From Eledone cirrhosa (lineage: Eukaryota), in the NCBI GenBank assembly GCA_964016885.1, contig OZ024741.1, positions 340,628,001 through 340,692,000 of the forward strand: 64,000 nt of DNA. The letters run 5' to 3'. The position numbers and the translations under genes were made by a program. The notes beneath the pieces were generated by a model. It was not told where the DNA came from and searched no databases. It saw nothing but the letters and a program-made list of their open reading frames with translations. Below, piece by piece: positions 1-12,300 of the stretch; position 1 is the first letter of the stretch, and every line of letters starts with the position of its first letter.

Positions 1-3000
1 GCTATCACCTACAGTAATGCTGTGAGTATCTTGACTGTTCCACACCTCAGCCCCGCTATCACCTACAGTAATGCTGTGAGTATCTTGACTGTTCCACACC
101 TCAGCCTCGCTATCACCTACAGAAATGCTGTGAGTATCTTGACTGTTCCACACCTCAGCCTCGCTATCACCTACAGTAATGCTGTGAGTATCTTGACTGT
201 TCCACACCTCAGCCTCGCTATCACCTACAGTAATGCTGTGAGTATCTTGACTGTTCCACACCTCAGCCTCGCTATCACCTACAGTAATTCTGTGAGTATC
301 TTGACTGTTCCACACCTCAGCCTCGCTATCACCTACAGTAATGCTGTGAGGGTCTTGACTGTTCTACACCTCAGCCTCTCTATCACCTACAGTAATGCTG
401 TGAGTATCTTGACTGTTCCACACCTCAGCCTCTCTATCACCCACAGTAATGCTGTGAGTATCTTGTCTGTTCCAAACCTCAGCCTCGCTATCACCTACAG
501 TAATGCTGTGAGTATCTTGACTGTTCCACACCTCAGCCCCGCTATCACCTACAGTAATGCTGTGAGTATCTTGACTGTTCCACACCTCAGCCTCTCTATC
601 ATCTACAGTAATACTGTGAGTATCTTAACTGTTCCACACCTCAGCCTCTCTATCACCTACAGTAATGCTGTGAGTATCTTGACTGTTCCACACCTCAGCC
701 TCGCTGTCACCTACAGTAATGCTGTGAGTATCTTGACTGTTCCACACCTCAGCATCGCTATCACCTACAGTAATGCTGTGATTATCTTGACTGTTCCACA
801 CCTCAGTCTCGCTATCACCTACAGTAATGCTGTGAGTATCTTGACTGTTCCACACCTCAGCCTCGCTGTCACCTACAGTAATGCTGTGAGTATCTTGACT
901 GTTCCACACCTCAGCCTCGCTGTCACCTACAGTAATGCTGTGAGTATCTTGACTGTTCCACACCTCAGCCTCTCTATCACCTACAGTAATGCTGTGAGTA
1001 TCTTGACTGTTCCACACCTCAGCCTCGCTATCACCCACAGTAATGCTGTGAGTATCTTGACTGTTCCACACCTCAGTCTCGCTATCACCTACAGTAATGC
1101 TGTGAGTATCTTGACTGTTCCACACCTCAGCCTCGCTATCACCCACAGTAATGCTTTGAGTATCTTGACTGTTCCACACCTCAGCCTCGCTATCACCTAC
1201 AGTAATGCTGTGAGGGTCTTGACTGTTCCACACCTCAGCCTCGCTATCACCTACAGTAATACTGTGAGTATCTTGACTGTTCCACACCTCAGCCTCGCTA
1301 TCACCTACTGTAATGCTGTGAGTATCTTGACTGTTCCACACCTCAGCCTCGCTATCACCTACAGTAATGCTGTGAGTATCTTGACTGTTCCACACCTCAG
1401 TCTCTCTATCACCTACAGTAATGCTGTGAGTATCTTGACTGTTCCACACCTCAGCCTCGCTATCACCTACAGAACTGCTGTGAGGGTCTTGACTGTTCCA
1501 CACCTCAGCCTCTCTATCACCTACAGTAATGCTGTGAGGGTCTTGACTGTTCCACACCTCAGCCTCTCTATCACCTACAGTACTGTTGTGAGTATCTTGA
1601 CTGTTCCACACCTCAGCCTCGCTATCACCTACAGTAATGCTGTGAGTATCTTGACTGTTCCACACCTCAGCCTCTCTATCACCTACAGTAATGCTGTGAG
1701 GGTCTTGACTGTTCCACACCTCAGCCTCTCTATCACCTACAGTACTGTTGTGAGTATCTTGACTGTTCCACACCTCAGCCTCGCTATCACCTACAGTAAT
1801 GCTGTGAGTATCTTGACTGTTCAACACCTCAGCCTCTCTATCACCTACAGTAATGCTGTGAGTATCTTGACTGTTCCACACCTCAGCCTCTCTATCACCT
1901 ACAGTAATGCTGTGAGTATCTTGACTGTTCCACACCTCAGCCTCGCTATCACCTACAGTAATGCTGTGAGTATCTTGACTGTTCCACACCTCAGCCTCGC
2001 TATCACCTACAGTAATGCTGTGAGTATCTTGACTGTTCCACACCTCAGCCTCGCTATCACCTACAGTAATGCTGTGAGTATCTTGACTGTTCCACACCTC
2101 AGCCCCGCTATCACCTACAGTAATGCTGTGAGTATCTTGACTGTTCCACACCTCAGCCTCGCTATCACCTACAGAAATGCTGTGAGTATCTTGACTGTTC
2201 CACACCTCAGCCTCGCTATCACCTACAGTAATGCTGTGAGTATCTTGACTGTTCCACACCTCAGCCTCGCTATCACCTACAGTAATGCTGTGAGTATCTT
2301 GACTGTTCCACACCTCAGCCTCGCTATCACCTACAGTAATTCTGTGAGTATCTTGACTGTTCCACACCTCAGCCTCGCTATCACCTACAGTAATGCTGTG
2401 AGGGTCTTGACTGTTCAACACCTCAGCCTCTCTATCACCTACAGTAATGCTGTGAGTATCTTGACTGTTCCACACCTCAGCCTCTCTATCACCCACAGTA
2501 ATGCTGTGAGTATCTTGTCTGTTCCAAACCTCAGCCTCGCTATCACCTACAGTAATGCTGTGAGTATCTTGACTGTTCCACACCTCAGCCCCGCTATCAC
2601 CTACAGTAATGCTGTGAGTATCTTGACTGTTCCACACCTCAGCCTCTCTATCATCTACAGTAATACTGTGAGTATCTTAACTGTTCCACACCTCAGCCTC
2701 TCTATCACCTACAGTAATGCTGTGAGTATCTTGACTGTTCCACACCTCAGCCTCGCTGTCACCTACAGTAATGCTGTGAGTATCTTGACTGTTCCACACC
2801 TCAGCATCGCTATCACCTACAGTAATGCTGTGAGTATCTTGACTGTTCCACACCTCAGTCTCGCTATCACCTACAGTAATGCTGTGAGTATCTTGACTGT
2901 TCCACACCTCAGCCTCGCTGTCACCTACAGTAATGCTGTGAGTATCTTGACTGTTCCACACCTCAGCCTCGCTGTCACCTACAGTAATGCTGTGAGTATC

Positions 3001-6000
3001 TTGACTGTTCCACACCTCAGCCTCTCTATCACCTACAGTAATGCTGTGAGTATCTTGACTGTTCCACACCTCAGCCTCGCTATCACCCACAGTAATGCTG
3101 TGAGTATCTTGACTGTTCCACACCTCAGTCTCGCTATCACCTACAGTAATGCTGTGAGTATCTTGACTGTTCCACACCTCAGCCTCGCTGTCACCTACAG
3201 TAATGCTGTGAGTATCTTGACTGTTCCACACCTCAGCCTCGCTGTCACCTACAGTAATGCTGTGAGTATCTTGACTGTTCCACACCTCAGCCTCTCTATC
3301 ATCTACAGTAATGCTGTAAGTATCTTGACTGTTCCACACCTCAGCCTCTCTATCATCTACAGTAATACTGTGAGTATCTTGACTGTTCCACACCTCAGCC
3401 TCTCTATCATCTACAGTAATGCTGTGAGTATCTTGACTGTTCCACACCTCAGCCTCGCTATCACCTACAGTAATGCTGTGAGTATCTTGACTGTTCCACA
3501 CCTCAGTCTCGCTATCACCCACAGTAATACTGTGAGTATCTTGACTGTTCCACACCTCAGCCTCTCTATCATCTACAGTAATGCTGTGAGTATCTTGACT
3601 GTTCCACACCTCAGCCTCGCTGTCACCTACAGTAATGCTGTGAGGGTCTTGACTGTTCCACACCTCAGCCTCGCTATCACCTACAGTAATGCTGTGAGTA
3701 TCTTGACTGTTCCACACCTCAGCCTCGCTATCACCTACAGTAATGCTGTGAGTATCTTGACTGTTCCACACCTCAGTCTCGCTATCACCCACAGTAATAC
3801 TGTGAGTATCTTGACTGTTCCACACCTCAGCCTCTCTATCATCTACAGTAATGCTGTGAGTATCTTGACTGTTCCACACCTCAGCCTCGCTGTCACCTAC
3901 AGTAATGCTGTGAGTATCTTGACTGTTCCACACCTCAGCCTCTCTATCACCTACAGTAATGCTGTGAGTATCTTGACTGTTCCACACCTCAGCCTCTCTA
4001 TCATCTACAGTAATGCTGTGAGGGTCTTGACTGTTCCACACCTCAGCCTCTCTATCATCTACAGTAATGCTGTGAGTATCTTGACTGTTCCACACCTAAA
4101 CCTCGCTGTCACCTACAGTAATGTTGTGAGGGTCTTGACTGTTCCACACCTCAGTTTCGCTATCACCTACAGTAATGCTGTGAGTATCTTGACTGTTCCA
4201 CACCTCAGCCTCGCTATCACCTACAGTAATGCTGTGAGTATCTTGACTGTTCCACACCTCAGCCTCGCTATCAGCTACAGTAATGCTGTGAGTATCTTGA
4301 CTGTTCCACACCTCAGCCTCGCTATCACCTACAGTAATGCTGTGAGTATCTTGACTGTTCCACACCTCAGCCTCTCTATCACCTACAGTAATGCTGTGAG
4401 TATCTTGACTGTTCCACACCTCAGCCTCGCTATCACCTACAGTAATACTGTGAGGGTCTTGACTGTTCCACACCTCAGCCTCGCTATCACCTACAGTAAT
4501 GCTGGGAGTATCTTGACTGTTCCACACCTCAGCCTCTCTATCACCTACAGTAATGTTGTGAGGGTCTTGACTGTTCCACACCTCAGCCTCTCTATCACCT
4601 ACAGTAATGCTGTGAGGGTCTTGACTGTTCCACACCTCAGCCTCTCTATCACCTACAGTACTATTGTGAGTATCTTGACTGTTCCACACCTCAGCCTCGC
4701 TATCACCTACAGTAATGCTGTGAGTATCTTGACTGTTCCACACCTCAGCCTCGCTATCAACTACAGTAATGCTGTGAGTATCTTGACTGTTCCACACCTC
4801 AGCCTCGCTATCAACTACAGTAATGCTGTGAGTATCTTGACTGTTCCACACCTCAGCCTCGCTATCACCTACAGTAATGCTGTGAGTATCTTGACTGTTC
4901 CACACCTCAGCCTCGCTATCAACTACAGTAATGCTGTGAGTATCTTGACTGTTCCACACCTCAGCCTCGCTATCACCTACAGTAATGCTGTGAGTATCTT
5001 GACTGTTCCACACCTCAGCCTCTCTATCACCTACAGTAATGCTGTGAGTATCTTGACTGTTCCACACCTCAGCCTCTCTATCACCTACAGTAATGCTGTG
5101 AGTATCTTGACTGTTCCACACCTCAGCCTCGCTATCAACTACAGTAATGCTGTGAGTATCTTGACTGTTCCACACCTCAGCCTCGCTATCACCTACAGTA
5201 ATGCTGTGAGTATCTTGACTGTTCCACACCTCAGCCTCGCTATCACCTACAGTAATGCTGTGAGTATCTTGACTGTTCCACACCTCAGCCTCGCTATCAC
5301 CTACAGTAATGCTGTGAGTATCTTGACTGTTCCACACCTCAGCCTCGCTATCACCTACAGTAATTCTGTGAGTATCTTGACTGTTCCACACCTCAGCCTC
5401 GCTATCACCTACAGTAATGCTGTGAGGGTCTTGACTGTTCTACACCTCAGCCTCTCTATCACCTACAGTAATGCTGTGAGTATCTTGACTGTTCCACACC
5501 TCAGCCTCTCTATCACCCACAGTAATGCTGTGAGTATCTTGACTGTTCCAAACCTCAGCCTCGCTATCACCTACAGTAATGCTGTGAGTATCTTGACTGT
5601 TCCACACCTCAGCCCCGCTATCACCTACAGTAATGCTGTGAGTATCTTGACTGTTCCACACCTCAGCCTCTCTATCATCTACAGTAATACTGTGAGTATC
5701 TTAACTGTTCCACACCTCAGCCTCTCTATCACCTACAGTAATGCTGTGAGTATCTTGACTGTTCCACACCTCAGCCTCGCTGTCACCTACAGTAATGCTG
5801 TGAGTATCTTGACTGTTCCACACCTCAGCATCGCTATCACCTACAGTAATGCTGTGAGTATCTTGACTGTTCCACACCTCAGCCTCTCTATCACCTACGG
5901 TAATGCTGTGAGTATCTTGACTGTTCCACACCTCAGCCTCGCTGTCACCTACAGTAATGCTGTGAGTATCTTGACCGTTCCACACCTCAGTCTCGCTATC

Positions 6001-6350
6001 ACCTACAGTAATGCTGTGAGTATCTTGACTGTTCCACACCTCAGCCTCGCTGTCACCTACAGTAATGCTGTGAGTATCTTGACTGTTCCACACCTCAGCT
6101 TCGCTGTCACCTACAGTAATGCTGTGAGTATCTTGACTGTTCCACACCTCAGCCTCTCTATCACCTACAGTAATGCTGTGAGTATCTTGACTGTTCCACA
6201 CCTCAGCCTCGCTATCACCCACAGTAATGCTGTGAGTATCTTGACTGTTCCACACCTCAGTCTCGCTATCACCTACAGTAATGCTGTGAGTATCTTGACT
6301 GTTCCACACCTCAGCCTCGCTGTCACCTACAGTAATGCTGTGAGTATCTT
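1..6350. repeat. Higher-order block of about 1 kb present three times (offsets 2052 bp = 38 monomers and 3024 bp = 56 monomers)
   Basis: The rare TCTTAACT variant occurs at 625, 2677 and 5701. The same ordered flanking markers (AATTCT, AGCCCCGCT, ATCATCTAC, AGCATCGCT) accompany each copy. Confidence 0.9.
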
Positions 6351-9300
6351 GACTGTTCCACACCTCAGCCTCGCTATCACCCACAGTAATGCTGTGAGTA
6401 TCTTGACTGTTCTACACCTCAGCCTCTCTATCACCTACAGTAATGCTGTGAGTATCTTGACTGTTCCACACCTCAGCCTCGCTATCACCCACAGTAATGC
6501 TGTGAGTATCTTGACTGTTCCACACCTCAGCCTCTCTATCACCTACAGTAATGTTGTGAGTATCTTGACTGTTCCACACCTCAGCCTCTCTATCACCTAC
6601 AGTAATGCTGGGAGTATCTTGACTGTTCCACACCTCAGCCTCTCTATCACCCACAGTAATGCTGTGAGTATCTTGACTGTTCCACACCTCAGCCTCTCTA
6701 TCACCTACAGTAATACTGTGAGTATCTTGACTGTTCCACACCTCAGCCTCTCTATCACCTACAGTAATGCTGTGAGTATCTTGACTGTTCCACACCTCAG
6801 CCTCGCTATCACCTACAGTAATGCTGTGAGTATCTTGACTGTTCCACACCTCAGCCTCGCTATCACCTACAGTAATGCTGTGCGTACCTTGACTGTTCCA
6901 CACCTCAGCCTCTCTATCACCTACAGTAATGCTGTGAGTATCTTGACTGTTCCACACCTCAGCCTCTCTATCATCTACAGTAATGCTGTGAGTATCTTGA
7001 CTGTTCCACACCTCAGCCTCGCTATCACCTACAGTAATGCTGTGAGTATCTTGACTGTTCCACACCTCAGCCTCTCTATCATCTACAGTAATGCTGTGAG
7101 TATCTTGACTGTTCCACACCTCAGCCTCGCTATCACCTACAGTAATGCTGTGAGTATCTTGACTGTTCCACACCTCAGCCTCGCTATCACCTATAGTAAT
7201 GCTGTGAGTATCTTGACTGTTCCACACCTCAGCCTCTCTATCACCTACAGTAATGCTGTGAGTATCTTGACTGTTCCACACCTCAGCCTCGCTATCACCT
7301 ACAGTAATGCTGTGAGTATCTTGACTGTTCCACACCTCAGCCTCTCTATCACCTACAGTAATGCTGTGAGTATCTTGACTGTTCCACACCTCAGCCTCGC
7401 TATCACCTACAGTAATGCTGTGAGTATCTTGACTGTTCCACACCTCAGCCTCTCTATCATCTACAGTAATGCTGTGAGTATCTTGACTGTTCCACACCTC
7501 AGCCTCGCTATCACCTACAGTAATGCTGTGAGTATCTTGACTGTTCCACACCTCAGCCTCGCTATCACCTACAGTAATGCTGTGAGTATCTTGACTGTTC
7601 CACACCTCAGCCTCTCTATCACCTACAGTAATGCTGTGAGTATCTTGACTGTTCCACACCTCAGCCTCGCTATCACCTACAGTAATGCTGTGAGTATCTT
7701 GACTGTTCCACACCTCAGCCTCTCTATCACCTACAGTAATGCTGTGAGTATCTTGACTGTTCCACACCTCAGCCTCGCTATCACCTACAGTAATGCTGTG
7801 AGTATCTTGACTGTTCCACACCTCAGCCTCGCTATCACCTACAGTAATGTTGTGAGTATCTTGACTGTTCCACACCTCAGCCTCGCTATCACCTACGATA
7901 ATGCTGTGAGTGTCTTGACTGTTCCACACCTCAGCCTCGCTATCACCTACAGTAATGCTGTGAGTATCTTGACTGTTCCACACCTCAGCCTCTCTATCAC
8001 CTACAGTAATGCTGTGAGTATCTTGACTGTTCCACACCTCAGCCTCGCTATCACCTACAGTAATGCTGTGAGTATCTTGACTGTTCCACACCTCAGCCTC
8101 TCTATCACCTACAGTAATGCTGTGAGTATCTTGACTGTTCCACACCTCAGCCTCGCTATCACCTACAGTAATGCTGTGAGTATCTTGACTGTTCCACACC
8201 TCAGCCTCTCTATCACCTACAGTAATGCTGTGAGTATCTTGACTGTTCCACACCTCAGCCTCTCTATCACCTACAGTAATGCTGTGAGTATCTTGACTGT
8301 TCCACACCTCAGCCTCGCTATCACCTACAGTAATGCTGTGAGTATCTTGACTGTTCCACACCTCAGCCTCTCTATCACCTACAGTAATGCTGTGAGTATC
8401 TTGACTGTTCCACACCTCAGTCTCTCTATCACCTACAGAACTGCTGTGAGTATCTTGACTGTTCCACACCTCAGTCTCTCTATCACCTACAGAACTGCTG
8501 TGAGGGTCTTGACTGTTCCACACCTCAGCCTCTCTATCACCTACAGTAATGCTGTGAGTATCTTGATTGTTCCACACCTCAGCCTCTCTATCACCTACAG
8601 TAATGTTGTGAGTATCTTGACTGTTCCACACCTCAGCCTCTCTATCACCTACAGTAATGCTGTGAGTATCTTGACTGTTCCACACCTCAGCCTCGCTATC
8701 ACCTACAGTAATACTGTGAGTATCTTGACTGTTCCACACCTCAGCCTCGCTATCACCTACAGTAATGCTGTGAGTATCTTGACTGTTCCACACCTCAGCT
8801 TCGCTATCACCTACAGTAATGCTGTGAGTATCTTGACTGTTCCACACCTCAGCCTCGCTATCACCTACAGTAATACTGTGAGGGTCTTGACTGTTCCACA
8901 CCTCAGCCTCGCTATCACCTACGATAATGCTGTGAGTATCTTGACTGTTCCACACCTCAGCCTCTCTATCACCTACAGTAATGTTGTGAGGGTCTTGACT
9001 GTTCCACACCTCAGCCTCTCTATCACCCACAGTAATGCTGTGAGTATCTTGACTGTTCCACACCTCAGCCTCTCTATCACCTACAGTAATGCTGGGAGTA
9101 TCTTGACTGTTCCACACCTCAGCCTCGCTATCACCTACAGTAATGCTGTGAGTATCTTGACTGTTCCACACCTCAGCCTCTCTATCACCTACAGTAATGC
9201 TGGGAGTATCTTGACTGTTCCACACCTCAGCCTCGCTATCACCTACAGTAATGCTGTGAGTATCTTGACTGTTCCACACCTCAGCCTCTCTATCACCTAC

Positions 9301-12300
9301 AGTAATTCTGTGAGTATCTTGACTGTTCCACACCTCAGCCTCGCTATCACCTACAGTAATGCTGTGAGGGTCTTGACTGTTCCACACCTCAGCCTCGCTA
9401 TCACCTACAGTAATGCTGTGAGTATCTTGACTGTTCCACACCTCAGCCTCGCTATCACCTACAGTAATGCTGTGAGGGTCTTGACTGTTCCACACCTCAG
9501 CCTCGCTATCACCTACGATAATGCTGTGAGTATCTTGACTGTTCCACACCTCAGCCTCTCTATCACCTACAGTAATACTGTGAGTATCTTGACTGTTCCA
9601 AACCTCAGCCTCGCTATCACCCACAGTAATGCTGTGAGTATCTTGACTGTTCCAAACCTCAGCCTCTCTATCACCTACAGTAATGTTGTGAGTATCTTGA
9701 CTGTTCCACACCGCAGCCTCTCTATCACCTACAGTAATACTGTGAGTATCTTGACTGTTCCACACCTCAGCCTCTCTATCACCTACAGTAATGTTGTGAG
9801 TATCTTGACTGTTCCAAACTTCAGCCTCTCTATCACCTACAGTAATACTGTGAGTATCTTGACTGTTCCAAACCTCAGCCTCGCTATCACCCACAGTAAT
9901 GCTGTGAGTATCTTGACTGTTCCAAACCTCAGCCTCTCTACCACCTACAGTAATGTTGTGAGTATCTTGACTGTTCCACACCTCAGCCTCTCTATCACCT
10001 ACAGTAATACTGTGAGTATCTTGACTGTTCCACACCTCAGCCTCTCTATCACCTACAGTAATGTTGTGAGTATCTTGACTGTTCCACACCTCAGCCTCTC
10101 TATCACCTACAGTAATACTGTGAGTATCTTGACTGTTCCAAACCTCAGCCTCGCTATCACCCACAGTAATGCTGTGAGTATCTTGACTCTTCCAAACCTC
10201 AGCCTCTCTATCACCTACAGTAATGCTGTGAGTATCTTGACTGTTCCACACCTCAGTCTCGCTATCACCTACGATAATGCTGTGAGTATCTTGACTGTTC
10301 CACACCTCAGCCTCGCTATCACCTACAGTAATGTTGTGAGTATCTTGACTGTTCCACACCTCAGCCTCTCTATCACCTACAGTAATACTGTGAGTATCTT
10401 GACTGTTCCAAACCTCAGCCTCTCTATCACCTACAGTAATGTTGTGAGTATCTTGACTGTTCCAAACCTCAGCCTCTCTATCACCTACAGTAATGTCGTG
10501 AGTATCTTGACTGTTCCAAACCTCAGCCTCTCTATCACCTACAGTAATGTTGTGAATATCTTGACTGTTCCACACCTCAGCCTCTCTATCACCTACAGTA
10601 ATACTGTGAGTATCTTGACTGTTCCAAACCTCAGCCTCTCTATCACCTACAGTAATGTTGTGAGTATCTTGACTGTTCCAAACCTCAGCCTCTCTATCAC
10701 CTACAGTAATGTTGTGAGTATCTTGACTGTTCCAAACCTCAGCCTCTCTATCACCTACAGTAATGTTGTGAGTATCTTGACTGTTCCACACCTCAGCCTC
10801 TCTATCACCTACAGTAATACTGTGAGTATCTTGACTGTTCCAAACCTCAGCCTCTCTATCACCTACAGTAATACTGTGAGTATCTTGACTGTTCCAAACC
10901 TCAGCCTCTCTATCACCTACAGTAATGTTGTGAGTATCTTGACTGTTCCACACCTCAGCCTCTCTATCACCTACAGTAATACTGTGAGTATCTTGACTGT
11001 TCCAAACCTCAGCCTCTCTATCACCTACAGTAATACTGTGAGTATCTTGACTGTTCCACACCTCAGCCTCTCTATCACCTACAGTAATGTTGTGAGTATC
11101 TTGACTGTTCCACACCTCAGCCTCTCTATCACCTACAGTAATGTTGTGAGTATCTTGACTGTTCCACACCTCAGCCTCTCTATCACCTACAGTAATACTG
11201 TGAGTATCTTGACTGTTCCAAACCTCAGCCTCTCTATCACCTGCAGTAATACTGTGAGTATCTTGACTGTTCCACACCTCAGCCTCTCTATCACCTACAG
11301 TAATGTTGTGAGTATCTTGACTGTTCCACACCTCAGCCTCTCTATCACCTACAGTAATGTTGTGAGTATCTTGACTGTTCCACACCTCAGCCTCTCTATC
11401 ACCTACAGTAATACTGTGAGTATCTTGACTGTTCCAAACCTCAGCCTCTCTATCACCTACAGTAATACTGTGAGTATCTTGACTGTTCCACACCTCAGCC
11501 TCTCTATCAACTACAGTAATGTTGTGAGTATCTTGACTGTTCCACACCTCAGCCTCTCTATCACCTACAGTAATGTTGTGAGTATCTTGACTGTTCCACA
11601 CCTCAGCCTCTCTATCACCTACAGTAATACTGTGAGCATCTTGACTGTTCCAAACCTCAGCCTCTCTATCACCTACAGTAATACTGTGAGTATCTTGACT
11701 GTTCCACACCTCAGCCTCTCTATCACCTACAGTTATGTTGTGAGTATCTTGACTGTTCCACACCTCAGCCTCGCTATCACCTACAGTAATACTGTGAGTA
11801 TCTTGACTGTTCCAAACCTCAGCCTCGCTATCACCTACAGTAATGTTGTGAGTATCTTGACTGTTCCACACCTCAGCCTCTCTATCACCTACAGTAATAC
11901 TGTGAGTATCTTGACTGTTCCAAACCTCAGCCTCTCTATCACCTACAGTAATACTGTGAGTATCTTGACTGTTCCACACCTCAGCCTCTCTATCACCTAC
12001 AATAATGTTGTGAGTATCTTGACTGTTCCACACCTCAGCCTCTCTATCACCTACAGTAATGTTGTGAGTATCTTGACTGTTCCAAATCTCAGCCTCTCTA
12101 TCACCTACAGTAATGTTGTGAGTATCTTGACTGTTCCACACCTCAGCCTCTCTATCACCTACAATAATGTTGTGAGTATCTTGACTGTTCCAAACCTCAG
12201 CCTCTCTATCACCTACAGTAATGTTGTGAGTATCTTGACTGTTCTACACCTCAGCCTCTCTATCACCTACAGTAATGCTGTGAGTATCTTGACTGTTCCA

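Noticed and set aside
1-162. Three monomers (162 bp) as a nucleosome-positioning unit
   Set aside because: A numerical coincidence only. No general 3-monomer periodicity of variants and no phased A/T tracts were seen.
9620-9665. Cryptic V(D)J recombination signal: CACAGTA + 23 bp + CCAAACCTC in CAC/AAC monomers
   Set aside because: The heptamer is 6/7 but the nonamer only 5/9 against ACAAAAACC. It occurs only in a minority variant combination, and no V, D or J segments are present.
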